A stretch of DNA of 64,000 nt from an uncultured Clostridia bacterium (GTDB lineage: Bacteria > Bacillota > Clostridia > Oscillospirales > CAG-272), in NCBI GenBank assembly GCA_937894775.1, contig CALAXC010000153.1, positions 17,802 to 81,801 of the forward strand. The letters run 5' to 3'. Of this stretch, positions 1 through 9,748 are shown piece after piece. How positions within the stretch are numbered: the stretch's first letter is position 1; each line of letters opens with the position of its first letter. The notes beneath the pieces are model-generated. The model saw nothing but the letters and a program-made list of their open reading frames with translations, was not told the DNA's origin and did no database searches. The position numbers and the translations under genes were made by a program.

Positions 1-938
1 TTGATAGTTTGAAGCTTTTCGCATCCGCTGAATACAGCATTGGGAATTCCCCAAAGAAGGCTGTTTTCTTCAATGGTAACTGTTTTAAGAGAAGAGCAGT
101 CCTGGAATGCCGCCGCTCCGATAGTTGAAACGGTTGCGGGAATTTTTATGGTTTCAAGATTTTTACATTCGTAGAAGGTCTCAGGACCGATATAAGTGTT
201 TCCTGTAGGAATATTTATGCTTGAAATACGACTGCAATTATAGAATGCTTTTTCACCGATACTTGTAACACTATCGGGAATGGTTATACTTTTCAAGTTT
301 GTGCAGTTATAAAAAGCATTACTGCAAATAGCTTTAGTGCCGTCTTTAACAACACACTGGCTTATTGTAACATCCTTTGCTTCAACAAGAACAAGGTGGG
401 GATTTGTAGCATTACCGAGATAGCAAGCATTTTCGTGTTCTGTGAGCTTAAGCTTATCGCAGTTTGCGAATGCGTTATCACCGACACTTGTTATTGTGCT
501 GGGGATAGAAATTTCCACAAGATTTGAAGCACCGTTGAAAGCGTCTGCAAGAATAGTTGAAACAGGCTTGCCGTTATAGGTTTCTGCAATAACTATTTTA
601 TCAAGATACTTTGCATTTCCCGCCATAACTCCGTATGTTCCGTTGGGGAGAAGAAGATAGCTGGGACTTCCTTCAGAGTCAGCAGCGCCGTCAACACCCA
701 AAGATCCAACATTTACGGGATTTTCAGGATCGTTGCTGTAGGTTACCCAAATGCAGCCGTCTTTAACTTCTGTTTTGATTATGTAATTTACTTCCGGAGT
801 CTTAGGTTCTTCTACATCGGTATCAGTAGATGTTTCTTCATCGACTGGCATTTCTTTTTTACACGACGTTAATAACGCAGTAGAAAAGACTAAAATAAAA
901 ACCAATAAAAGAGATAAAAATCTTATTGAATGTTTCAT
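1..938 (-). CDS. BspA-type leucine-rich-repeat surface lipoprotein (N-terminal part; C-terminus runs off the window)
   Basis: Own minus-strand translation from ATG at 938-936 (GGAGG complement at 944-948) gives MKHSIRFLSLLLVFILVFSTALLTSCKKEMPVDEETSTDTD..., a signal peptide plus L-T-S-C lipobox. The frame stays open to position 3 (last residues ...SLLWGIPNAVFSGCEKLQTI). The body is a run of repeats of the form 'I.IP..V..IG..AF..C..L', typical of LRR_5/BspA. It is absent from the ORF track because it has no stop in the window. Confidence 0.75.
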   Translation of the reverse strand, partial: MKHSIRFLSLLLVFILVFSTALLTSCKKEMPVDEETSTDTDVEEPKTPEVNYIIKTEVKDGCIWVTYSNDPENPVNVGSLGVDGAADSEGSPSYLLLPNGTYGVMAGNAKYLDKIVIAETYNGKPVSTILADAFNGASNLVEISIPSTITSVGDNAFANCDKLKLTEHENACYLGNATNPHLVLVEAKDVTISQCVVKDGTKAICSNAFYNCTNLKSITIPDSVTSIGEKAFYNCSRISSINIPTGNTYIGPETFYECKNLETIKIPATVSTIGAAAFQDCSSLKTVTIEENSLLWGIPNAVFSGCEKLQTI

Positions 939-1278
939 TTTTTCCTCCTGATATTTTTTTTAAAAAATTGGGATTTACACTATTGTATCATTTTTTGAGA
1001 TTTTTGTCAATATTTTTGAATTATTTTGATTTCTTTTTCGTGAATCTATCTAATTTGTTGCTTTTGGACTTGGTTGTTTCGCTTATCTTAAAAATCTTTT
1101 TTACTAACGGTGATAAAAATGCAGGTGTACGTAATAATACTATTTTCATAAAAGACCTCCTCAGATTTTGTTTGTTTTTGGATTTCATTACAGTATATGC
1201 AATTTTTTTAAAAGTGACTTATTTTTTTAAAAAGAGAGCCATAATATGTATATGAAAAGAAATTTAACGGAGGGATAT

Positions 1279-2496
1279 ATGAGCGCAATAGGCGGAGTAA
1301 TAGATTTTAAGCATAAGGAAGTTGATTTTGCAACGGTAAATGCTATGAGAAGTGCGCTAAGCTTAAGAGGACGTGAAAAAAGCTCGGCATATTTTGATAA
1401 CGGGCTGGGAGTGTTTTATAATTGTGACGGAGTATTTGAAGGTAACGGAGCAGATCAACCCCTCCTTTCTGAACGCAAAGGAAAGGTGAGTATCCTTTTG
1501 GCAGACTGCAACGGTATTAACGCAAAAGGAATAATGGAGAAATATAGAACGGACGGTGTGGAGTGCTTGGGAAAGCTTTCAGAGCCTTTTGCAATAGCCA
1601 TTTATGATGCTGAAAGAAATATGCTTTTACTTGCACGTGATAAAAAGGGAAAAAAGCCGCTGTTTTATACTGCAAAAAAGGGAAGAATAAGCTTTTCCTC
1701 TGAGGCAAAAGGACTTCTTGCTATTGAAAACAACGGAATAAACGTGAATCGAGATCTTCTTTCTTATCATTTAACCTCGGTAAGCGGAGTTTATAAAGCT
1801 TCGGATATTTATTCTGATATATCCGAAATAGCGGCAGGGGAATGTATTTTGTTTACCGAAATGGGTATTAGTAAATTCTTTTATAGAGAAGAGGATATTT
1901 CTAAAAAGTACAGACATTATTTGAACGATAATAATATCGAAGAAACAGTCGAACCGTATTGTGGCGTAACTAAAAGCTCTTTATCCAATATATTAAGCGA
2001 TAGCTTGGTAGCGTTTGATATTCCGCAGTTTGACGTATTATCTCCGAGTATATATGAAATTTTTTCTTCGATGCGGAAAAACCAAAAAAAGATTTTTAGT
2101 TTTTATGACAGATTAAAATATAAAAGTGTTTCTTATTCTTATGACAGAGCCGATAGGTTCAGTTCCTTTTTTGGGGTGAGTGGAAACAGCGTTATGCCAA
2201 AAAACGGGCATAAACTTTTGGAAGACTGTGAGATAGAGTCATTTAAACTATATTCCTATCTTGTTGAGCATTTTTCTCAAACGGATAGCGAAAATATGTC
2301 GCTTATACGAAGGATATTCGGTGATGCAAAAATGAATCATATTATGCGTACAGTTGCATCTGGAAAAATAAAAAAAGAAGATACGGAAATATCTATCCGT
2401 ATCCTCGGTATGCTGTGTCAGATCTCAGAGTGGAATACTTTGTACAAACTTAATATAAAAAGCTTTGAAGAAAGGATATATAGCTTTTCAGATTGA
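1279..2496 (+). CDS. Asparagine-synthase-B-like protein, apparently degenerate (Ser in place of the Ntn Cys; no PP-loop seen)
   Basis: ORF 1246-2496. GGAGG at 1269-1273 favours ATG 1279, giving N-terminus MSAIGGVIDF, colinear with the MCGI(A/C)G start of class-II amidotransferases. 'LLLARDKKGKKPLFY' and 'FSSEAKGL' resemble the AsnB blocks RD..G.KPLYY and FASE.KAL. Confidence 0.6.
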   Translation: MSAIGGVIDFKHKEVDFATVNAMRSALSLRGREKSSAYFDNGLGVFYNCDGVFEGNGADQPLLSERKGKVSILLADCNGINAKGIMEKYRTDGVECLGKLSEPFAIAIYDAERNMLLLARDKKGKKPLFYTAKKGRISFSSEAKGLLAIENNGINVNRDLLSYHLTSVSGVYKASDIYSDISEIAAGECILFTEMGISKFFYREEDISKKYRHYLNDNNIEETVEPYCGVTKSSLSNILSDSLVAFDIPQFDVLSPSIYEIFSSMRKNQKKIFSFYDRLKYKSVSYSYDRADRFSSFFGVSGNSVMPKNGHKLLEDCEIESFKLYSYLVEHFSQTDSENMSLIRRIFGDAKMNHIMRTVASGKIKKEDTEISIRILGMLCQISEWNTLYKLNIKSFEERIYSFSD

Positions 2497-2519
2497 TTGT
2501 ATCGGTATTAAAGTTTGCA

Positions 2520-3182
2520 TCAGTCAGAGGACTCTATTATGAGGAGTCCTCCTTTTTTTATCGAAATAAAAGCGCAGTTTTCAGTTATCTCATTTGAAAT
2601 TCCAAGCCCTTGTGATTCCTGAGCAAGTGATGCATTCTTTAAAGGATATTTGCATCCGAGAATTGTAATTCCTTTTGTCTTTGGAGTTCTTGGAATAAGT
2701 GAAAGATATTTGAAATGACTTTTTGGAATGAGTGTGCTCGTGGACTCTATGTATCTTACTCGGTTTTTTCCGTTCGTTATTAATGCATAGATCCTGATTT
2801 TGCTGAGATTTTCAATAATAGATAAATTTGCAAGTGTGTGATCTAATCGTCCGTCAAGACCGCCTATTATAACTATATCTTCTGCACCTTTTTTAATAGC
2901 TGTATTGACGGCAAGCTCGGTATCGGTAAAATCTTTTTCAGCAGGTACAGAGGTAATATCTGCTTTGGGAAATTCAGCTTTTATTTTTGAAAGCTCACCG
3001 GAATCAAAATCACCTACGATGATGTCGGGAGTATCTCCAAGCCTTTTTGCATTAAGATAGCCTACGTCTGCGGCTATGCAAAGATCGTCTGATTTGGGAT
3101 GCTCGGTTATGTTTTCAGGATATACCGAACCACCTGTATATATAAAAGCCTTCATTTGTAATATATTCTCCTTGATTACCAT
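2520..3182 (-). CDS. thiN: Thiamine diphosphokinase
   Basis: 220-aa ORF with 'VGDFDS' and 'GGLDGRLDHTLANL' motifs. It lies directly downstream of rsgA, as in the Bacillus ylo region. Confidence 0.8.
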   Translation of the reverse strand: MVIKENILQMKAFIYTGGSVYPENITEHPKSDDLCIAADVGYLNAKRLGDTPDIIVGDFDSGELSKIKAEFPKADITSVPAEKDFTDTELAVNTAIKKGAEDIVIIGGLDGRLDHTLANLSIIENLSKIRIYALITNGKNRVRYIESTSTLIPKSHFKYLSLIPRTPKTKGITILGCKYPLKNASLAQESQGLGISNEITENCAFISIKKGGLLIIESSD

Positions 3183-4141
3183 TTTGTTTTTTGCTTTAAA
3201 ACATCAAAAAGCTCGCAATAGCTTTGATGACGGCTTTTTTCTATATCGCCTTGTTTTATCGCTTCTATTATAGCGCATCCTTGTTCCTTTGTGTGAGAAC
3301 ATTTTTTGTAATAGCATTTTCCTATGTAAGGACGGAATTCACGCATGGTATAAACGAGATCGTCCTTTTCAAAAAAGTCAAATCTTTCAAAATCAAGCAT
3401 TGAAAATCCTGGTGTATCCGCTATATATCCGCAATCGGACGTGCCTGACGGATTAACGACGGGGAATAATTCTACTTTTCGAGTAGTGTGTTTTCCTCTT
3501 TGGATTTTTTTGCTGATATCCGAAGTACTAAGTGACAGATCGGGAAAAAGTCTGTTGAGGAGTGTTGATTTCCCTATTCCCGAAGCACCTGCAAAAGCGG
3601 CAGTATGTGAGGGAAGGTGGGATCTTATAAAATCATCTATCGGTTCAATTCCGATGTTTTCCGCTGCGCTCAAACAAAACACTTTAAATCCGCTTTTTTC
3701 GTATATATTTTTTATTTTATTTGCATATTCGGTGTCAAGCTCACATTTCGTTATGACTATCACAGGTTCTATATCGTTGAATTCTGCAATGGAAATAAGC
3801 TTGTCAACGGTAGAAAGAATGGGCGAGGGAGCTGCGGCAGCAAGAGTTATAAATATAATATCAAGATTTGCTAACGGTGGACGGATAAGAGAGTTCTTAC
3901 GATCGCATATTTTTTCTATTACGTATGTCGCACCGTCTTTTTCTCCCGCCTCACTCGCTATGTCTATAATAACGTTGTCACCGGAAAGAGGCGATGTGTT
4001 ACTGTGCCTGAATGATCCACGCGCTCTGCATGGTACAGTCGTACCTATAAGAGGAGAATCTTTTTCGCCTGCGATCGAGTGTATTCGTACTAAATAAAGA
4101 CCTCCAACGCCTTGCGTTATTTTTCCGTATATTTCTGCCAT
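3176..4141 (-). CDS. rsgA: Ribosome small-subunit-dependent GTPase A
   Basis: 321 aa. P-loop 'GASGIGKSTLLNRL', 'DTPGF', and C-terminal zinc knuckle 'CSHTKEQGCAI', in the circularly permuted GTPase layout. Confidence 0.9.
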   Translation of the reverse strand: MAEIYGKITQGVGGLYLVRIHSIAGEKDSPLIGTTVPCRARGSFRHSNTSPLSGDNVIIDIASEAGEKDGATYVIEKICDRKNSLIRPPLANLDIIFITLAAAAPSPILSTVDKLISIAEFNDIEPVIVITKCELDTEYANKIKNIYEKSGFKVFCLSAAENIGIEPIDDFIRSHLPSHTAAFAGASGIGKSTLLNRLFPDLSLSTSDISKKIQRGKHTTRKVELFPVVNPSGTSDCGYIADTPGFSMLDFERFDFFEKDDLVYTMREFRPYIGKCYYKKCSHTKEQGCAIIEAIKQGDIEKSRHQSYCELFDVLKQKTKW

Positions 4142-4158
4142 AGTTTGCCTTTCTTGAG

Positions 4159-5139
4159 TTATTCGGTAGAATAATCGCCACCGCTTATTGTGAGTGAAAT
4201 TTTACTTCCTTCCCGCACAGATGAACCGCTTTTTACACTTTGCTCAATAACAGTTCCAAGAGGAAGAGGAGATGACCTATATTGAACGTCATTTAACGTT
4301 AGCTTTTGCTTTTTTATAAGCGTGATAGCGGCACTTTCGGACAATCCGATAAGATTTGGAGTATCTGTATAGACCGCTTTTTTTCCAAGACTTACCGTAA
4401 GGGTAATTGAGTCGCCTTTTGATATTTTACTTCCCGCGCTATGCGAGGAGCTGATTATTTTTCCCGATGAGATATCATTTGAATAAATTTCATTGGTGTT
4501 TACCAGAACTCCCGCGTTTTTTAATTCGAGCTCAACGTTTCTTGCGTCTAAACCATGAAGCTCAGGAATGGTTATGGGCTCATCTTTTTTATTTACTGTA
4601 AGCTTGACCGTTATTTTGCCATTGATGCCGTATAGCTTTCGCACAGTGTTTGGCTTTGGAATTTGTGAAATAACGGTATCTGGCGCAGATGTTGGGTTTT
4701 CGGCATAAGTTATTTCATATTTGAACTTTCCCGATCTGCTTTTTAAAAGCTTAATTGCATCTTGCTCGGTCATATCTATGAATGAAGGAACGGTGATGGT
4801 ATGATGGATACCGCCCGATTTTGAAAAGAGAAGCAGAAAGGTAACAGTGCCCGAAAATGCAAGTATGCATAGAGCACCGCATAAAATTCCCGCAAAAAAA
4901 CTCGGTGGAGTTTTTGGCGGCGGCATTGTCTTTTTTTTCTTTTTTATTGTACGCGGATATTCGATAAAAGGATCGTTTTCATCAAATGTTCCAAATTTGT
5001 AAGATTCGTCTTCATATACCTGAAGACCTCGGTATATTTGAGGAAGGTATTCTTCTTCATTTTTTTTGTTGATTTGCAGATCTTTGGGTACTATCTGGCA
5101 AGTTGGATTTTTTTTGCGCTTGGAAAATTTAAATTTCAT
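4159..5139 (-). CDS. Membrane protein with three PASTA domains and no kinase domain
   Basis: 326 aa: a ~75-aa basic/Pro-rich N-terminus (KKKKKTMPPPKTPP), one TM (FFAGILCGALCILAFSGTVTFLLLF), then three ~65-aa PASTA-like repeats (VPSFIDMTEQDAIKLL..., IPELHGLDARNVELELKNAG..., TPNLIGLSESAAITLIKKQKL...). RBS GGAGAGAG lies upstream of ATG 5139. Confidence 0.7.
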   Translation of the reverse strand: MKFKFSKRKKNPTCQIVPKDLQINKKNEEEYLPQIYRGLQVYEDESYKFGTFDENDPFIEYPRTIKKKKKTMPPPKTPPSFFAGILCGALCILAFSGTVTFLLLFSKSGGIHHTITVPSFIDMTEQDAIKLLKSRSGKFKYEITYAENPTSAPDTVISQIPKPNTVRKLYGINGKITVKLTVNKKDEPITIPELHGLDARNVELELKNAGVLVNTNEIYSNDISSGKIISSSHSAGSKISKGDSITLTVSLGKKAVYTDTPNLIGLSESAAITLIKKQKLTLNDVQYRSSPLPLGTVIEQSVKSGSSVREGSKISLTISGGDYSTE

Positions 5140-5194
5140 ATCTCTCTCCGTGATATTTATGAGTAATATGTAGAGAGAATCTGATAAATATATG

Positions 5195-6259
5195 TTATTC
5201 GGATTTGCTTTGCTGTTCTCGGCGTAACTGACCGCAAGATGCGTTTATATCTGCGCCAAGTCTGCGTCTTACCGTTGCGCGTATTCCTTTGCTTTCGAGG
5301 ATCTCGGCAAATTTTTTAACCGCAAGCTTGTCCGACGGCGAAAATTCGGTTTCCGTTACGGGATTTACAGGTATAAGATTTACGTGTATCGGAAAAGGTT
5401 CGCCTTGTTTCTTTTTGCGAAGACTTCTGTTAAGAAGCTCTGCAAGCTCTATAGCTGAGCGTTCGGAATCGTTTTTCTTCGCTATGAGCGTGTATTCAAA
5501 GGATATTCTGCGCTTGGTGGTGTTGTAATATCTTAAGCAGGCATCAAGCAGAGCCGAAATATTCCATTTTTTATTTATCGGCATTATCGAGCTTCTTGTT
5601 TCATCGTTTGATGCGTGAAGCGATATCGAAAGAGTAATAGGAAGATCTTCCTTTGCAAGTGCATCAATACGTTCAACAAGACCGCAGGTAGAGAGCGAGA
5701 TGTGTCTGTATCCGATATTCATTCCGTCAGGATCTCCGACAAGCTTAAGAAAACGGATAACGTTATCGTAATTGTCAAGAGGTTCTCCGATCCCCATCAT
5801 AACGATATTGGAAATTCTTTCTCCGATATCTATTTGCGCAGTGAGCACCTGACCAAGTATTTCCGATGCATTAAGATCTCTTATCTTTCCTCCTATAGTA
5901 GAGGCACAGAAAGCACATCCCATACGGCAACCTACCTGGGAGGAAACGCATATTGTATTTCCGTGCTTGTACTTCATAACCACACATTCGACGGTGTTCT
6001 TATCGGAAAGCTCCAATAGATATTTAACAGTTCCGTCTATAGCGGAAACAAGTTTTACGCGTATTTTTGGAAGATGGAAAAAAGATATTTCTGCGAGCTT
6101 TTGCTTTGTAGCCTTGCTGAGATTGGTCATATCTTCGGGAGAGATGCCCCTATGTATCTGGGTAAAGATCTGCTTTGCGCGATATGCGGGTTCTCCTATC
6201 GAGAGAATGAGCGACTTCAGCTCATCTGGATAAAGTGATAAAAGATCGGTTTTATTCAT
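5195..6259 (-). CDS. rlmN: 23S rRNA (adenine2503-C2)-methyltransferase, radical SAM
   Basis: 354 aa with 'VGCRMGCAFCAS' radical-SAM cluster motif and 'GIGEPLDN'. Conserved position after rsmB. Confidence 0.9.
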   Translation of the reverse strand: MNKTDLLSLYPDELKSLILSIGEPAYRAKQIFTQIHRGISPEDMTNLSKATKQKLAEISFFHLPKIRVKLVSAIDGTVKYLLELSDKNTVECVVMKYKHGNTICVSSQVGCRMGCAFCASTIGGKIRDLNASEILGQVLTAQIDIGERISNIVMMGIGEPLDNYDNVIRFLKLVGDPDGMNIGYRHISLSTCGLVERIDALAKEDLPITLSISLHASNDETRSSIMPINKKWNISALLDACLRYYNTTKRRISFEYTLIAKKNDSERSAIELAELLNRSLRKKKQGEPFPIHVNLIPVNPVTETEFSPSDKLAVKKFAEILESKGIRATVRRRLGADINASCGQLRREQQSKSE

Positions 6260-6289
6260 AGAGTTATGTCCTCTGAGATTACTTAAAGT

Positions 6290-7573
6290 TTAGTTTTTTA
6301 TAAGCTTAGCTATGAAGAATCCGTCGGTGCTGTGCACGTGAGGTAAAAGCGTGATCATTCCGCTTTTTGCTTCAATATTGCCGACTTTCCACGGAAGCAG
6401 CGAAAATTCAGGATGCCTTTTTAAAAAAGCTGAAATATTATCTTCGTTTTCCGTTGGTAAAACCGTGCATGTGGAATAAAGTAAAATACCGCTTTTTTTT
6501 ACATAATGGCAGGCGTTATCCAATATATCACTCTGTATTTTCGGTAATGATGCCGATGCAGATGGATCTTTATATCTTAATTCGGGTTTTTTTGATAAAA
6601 CACCAAATCCCGAGCAGGGAACGTCACAGATCACTTTGTCGGCAATACCGTTAAATTTTGAAATGTTAATACGAGCATCTGCGGCAGCGGTTTCTATAAT
6701 ATTTATTTTTAACCGATCCGCACCGTTTATTACAAGTGAAAGTTTATTTTCGTGAAGATCAAAGGAATATATCTTACCTTTGTTTTTCATTTCTATTGCA
6801 GCACCGAAGCTTTTTGAACCTGGACAGGAGCAAAGATCGACAACGGTGTCGTTTTCTTTTAAGCCGAGAGCCTCAACGGCTATTTGTGAAGCTTCATCCT
6901 GAACAAAAAAGTATCCTTCGTCAAATCCGTAAAGATCTCTGACCGAGCCTTTAGCATAAACACCCGAAGAAGAATTTTCGGTCGGTTTGGATGTGTCGAT
7001 ATTTTCGAGAAGTTGAGCTCTTGAACAGAGAAGTGTATTCGTTCTCAAAGTAATATCGTTAGGCGTATTTATTGCAGTGAGGAAACGTTCTGTTTCTGCT
7101 TCGCCGAATATTCTCAAAAAAAGCGATGCAAGAGGTTGACATACAGAATAACAAATCGAAATATATTGCTCGATATTGTCCTTACTTGGCAAAAAGGGAG
7201 ATCCCTTTCTTTGAAAGGCACGTAATATAGCATTTACAAATCCTGCGCTCTTTTTTGATACAAGGTTTACAGATTCATTAATGGCTGCGTGAGGCGGAAC
7301 TCTGTCGAGATATATAAGTTGATAAAGTCCCATTCTGAGCGCAGTCAACGTATTTATATCGATATCTTCGATAGTGCGTGAAGAAAGAGAGCTGATCTGA
7401 TGATCAAGAAAAAGCTTTCTTTCGGTCACACCGTAAAATATAATAGATACCAGCTTTTTGTCAGCATGTGAAAAATTCTGCTTTGACAGAGCGTTATCCA
7501 GAGTGATATTTGAATATTGAGCCGATTTCTCGGCTTTTATCAGTAATTCATGGGCAAGTTTTCTTGGTGTCAT
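6290..7573 (-). CDS. rsmB: 16S rRNA (cytosine967-C5)-methyltransferase
   Basis: NusB-like N-domain plus MTase motifs 'DLCSCPGSKS', 'DVPCSGFG' and 'YSTCT'. I start it at the internal ATG 7573 (MTPRKLAHELL). The longer track ORF (to 7645) would overlap the upstream gene by 70 nt and adds only a hydrophobic junk leader. Confidence 0.9.
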   Translation of the reverse strand: MTPRKLAHELLIKAEKSAQYSNITLDNALSKQNFSHADKKLVSIIFYGVTERKLFLDHQISSLSSRTIEDIDINTLTALRMGLYQLIYLDRVPPHAAINESVNLVSKKSAGFVNAILRAFQRKGSPFLPSKDNIEQYISICYSVCQPLASLFLRIFGEAETERFLTAINTPNDITLRTNTLLCSRAQLLENIDTSKPTENSSSGVYAKGSVRDLYGFDEGYFFVQDEASQIAVEALGLKENDTVVDLCSCPGSKSFGAAIEMKNKGKIYSFDLHENKLSLVINGADRLKINIIETAAADARINISKFNGIADKVICDVPCSGFGVLSKKPELRYKDPSASASLPKIQSDILDNACHYVKKSGILLYSTCTVLPTENEDNISAFLKRHPEFSLLPWKVGNIEAKSGMITLLPHVHSTDGFFIAKLIKN

Positions 7574-7574
7574 A

Positions 7575-8270
7575 TCAGTTTCTTCTTCCGTTTGAAAGTA
7601 AAAGTAAACGAAGGAGAGTAAGAAGTGAGGTAAGAAGTGCCGCAACGTAGGTCATAGCAGCGGCGGTAAGAACCTTTCGCGACGCACGAAGTTCGCTTTC
7701 GTTAAGAATACCTGTAGATGCAAGAACAGACATAGCTCTTGAGGATGCATCGAATTCCACGGGAAGAGTAACGAGCTGAAAAAGTGCGACTAAAGAATAA
7801 AGGAATATGCCTACGACTGTTAAAGGATAATAAGTAAAAATAAGACCTATAAAAAAGAGAGGCATAGAAAGTGCAGAGCCGATATTGGTTATCGGAACGA
7901 GCTTTGCTCTTATGTTTATAGGGGTATAATTTCTTGCGTGCTGGATCGCGTGTCCTGCTTCGTGCGCCGCAACTCCTATTGCTGCAGGGGATGTGTTGTG
8001 ATATACTGATTCCGAAAGTCTTATAACATTTGCTTTGGGATCGTAATGGTCGGTAAGCTCACCGCGTATTTGAACGACTTGAACGTGTGCAAGTCCGTTA
8101 GCATCAAGTATTCTTCTTGCCGCACCGTATCCCGAAAGACCTTTTACAGTATTCATTTTTGAATACTTTCTGAAGGTCGTGCTGACTTTGATCTGCGCCC
8201 AAAGTGAAATTATAAAACCGGGAATTACAAGCAGAATAGTCCAGTCAAATGCAAATAAACCGAATATCAT
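7575..8270 (-). CDS. Membrane zinc metallopeptidase (YugP / Zn_peptidase_2-like)
   Basis: 231 aa with an N-terminal TM, the 'HEAGHAIQH' zinc motif and C-terminal TM helices. Confidence 0.8.
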   Translation of the reverse strand: MIFGLFAFDWTILLVIPGFIISLWAQIKVSTTFRKYSKMNTVKGLSGYGAARRILDANGLAHVQVVQIRGELTDHYDPKANVIRLSESVYHNTSPAAIGVAAHEAGHAIQHARNYTPINIRAKLVPITNIGSALSMPLFFIGLIFTYYPLTVVGIFLYSLVALFQLVTLPVEFDASSRAMSVLASTGILNESELRASRKVLTAAAMTYVAALLTSLLTLLRLLLLSNGRRN

Positions 8271-8300
8271 TTTTTCGTATTACCTCGTGTGAAATATATT

Positions 8301-9245
8301 TTAGCAAAGAATATCTCCAACCGATACAGAGCGGCCTCTTATGAAATCGGCAGCCGCCATTCTTGATTTTCCTTCGGGGAGTATACGCGTCAAAGAAATC
8401 GAACCTACACCGCAGGCTATTTCTATGCCGTCATCAAGTGAGAGGACAGTTCCGACATTTGCGTGGACGGTGCTGCGATCGGTTATTTTTGAAGAGATGA
8501 CTTTGAGTATCTTTCCGTTTGGAAGATGTGTAAAGCTTAAGGGAATAGGGGAAAGACCTCGTATCTGATCGTGAATTTCTTTTGCGCTTTTTGAAAAATC
8601 TATTAAGCAGTCTTCTTTTGAGATCTTTTTTGCATAAGTAGAAAGACTGTCATCCTGCGGAATTCTTACCGCTGTTCCGTTTTGCAGCATCGGTATGATC
8701 TCCTGAAGCATTTGAGCACCGAGGATTCCGAGTTTATCGTGTATGTTTTCAAAATTATCGTTTTCATCTATTAAGATCTCACGTGTGAGTAACATATCAC
8801 CTGTGTCAAGACCTTCGGCCATATACATTATCGTTATGCCGGTCTTTTCTTTTCCGTCTATAATAGCTCGTTGCATAGGAGCCGCACCTCTGTATTCGGG
8901 AAGAAGAGATCCGTGAACGTTTATGCAACCGTATTTAGGATAATCAATAACATTTTTCGGCAATATCTTTCCGTAAGCAACAACTATAATAAGATCGGGT
9001 GAAAGCTCACATAAAAGCTGTTCGAATTCTTCACCTTTAAGAGTGCTTGGCTGATATACATCAAGTCCTACCGAAAGCGCATACTCTTTTACGGGTGGAG
9101 GCAGGAGCGCATAACCTCTTCCTTTGGGTTTGTCGGGTTGAGTGATAACTCCGCAAATGCTGATATCTGAATTCTTTGAATATTCTACTAATGATTTAAG
9201 TGAAAACAGAGCAAAATCGGGAGTTCCCATAAAAAGAATTTTCAT
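8301..9245 (-). CDS. fmt: Methionyl-tRNA formyltransferase
   Basis: 314 aa. Motifs 'MKILFMGTPDFA' and 'NVHGSLLPEYRGAAP'. Follows def. Confidence 0.95.
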   Translation of the reverse strand: MKILFMGTPDFALFSLKSLVEYSKNSDISICGVITQPDKPKGRGYALLPPPVKEYALSVGLDVYQPSTLKGEEFEQLLCELSPDLIIVVAYGKILPKNVIDYPKYGCINVHGSLLPEYRGAAPMQRAIIDGKEKTGITIMYMAEGLDTGDMLLTREILIDENDNFENIHDKLGILGAQMLQEIIPMLQNGTAVRIPQDDSLSTYAKKISKEDCLIDFSKSAKEIHDQIRGLSPIPLSFTHLPNGKILKVISSKITDRSTVHANVGTVLSLDDGIEIACGVGSISLTRILPEGKSRMAAADFIRGRSVSVGDILC

Positions 9246-9264
9246 AACAGTGTTTCTCCAAGAT

Positions 9265-9720
9265 TTATGCGTTTTCCATCTTTATAGCACAGTCTATATA
9301 GAGCTTGCCGTCGAGATGGTCTATTTCGTGACAGAATGCTTTTGCTAAAAGCCCAGATCCGTTTATTTCTATTGTTTCACCTTTTCTGTTAAGCGCTTTT
9401 ACCGTGACGTGCATCGGTCTTACGGTGATTCCCCATTTGTTAGGAACTGAAAGACATCCTTCCTGAGTGCGCTGTTCACCTGCAAATGCTATTATTTTGG
9501 GGTTGATGAGCTCAATAAGACCTTCTTCCGGCGTTTCGATAACTACTATTCTTCTCAAAACACCGACCTGAGGTGCAGCAAGACCTACTCCGTCAGCCGC
9601 ACGCATGGTTTCTATCATATCATCTAAAAGCTGTAAGGTTCTCGGAGTGATCTGCTCTACGGGACGACATACCTTGCGAAGGATCGGATCTCCTACTTTA
9701 ACTATTTTTAATTTTGCCAT
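9265..9720 (-). CDS. def: Peptide deformylase
   Basis: 151 aa carrying the three PDF motifs 'GVGLAAPQVG', 'EGCLS' and 'HEIDHL'. Confidence 0.95.
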   Translation of the reverse strand: MAKLKIVKVGDPILRKVCRPVEQITPRTLQLLDDMIETMRAADGVGLAAPQVGVLRRIVVIETPEEGLIELINPKIIAFAGEQRTQEGCLSVPNKWGITVRPMHVTVKALNRKGETIEINGSGLLAKAFCHEIDHLDGKLYIDCAIKMENA

Positions 9721-9748
9721 AATATTTCTCCTGATGTATGAGTTAAAT

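Noticed and set aside
926-1255. 109-aa ORF in the track (MNVSFFPPDIFFKKLGF...).
   Set aside because: It lies in the AT-rich divergent intergenic region and is Phe/Leu/Ile-rich low complexity, which is simply translated T-runs. It starts inside the upstream gene's RBS and start region and has no RBS of its own.
3441-4097. 218-aa ORF antisense to rsgA.
   Set aside because: The rsgA frame has an intact P-loop, DTPGF and zinc knuckle. The antisense ORF is a shadow ORF.
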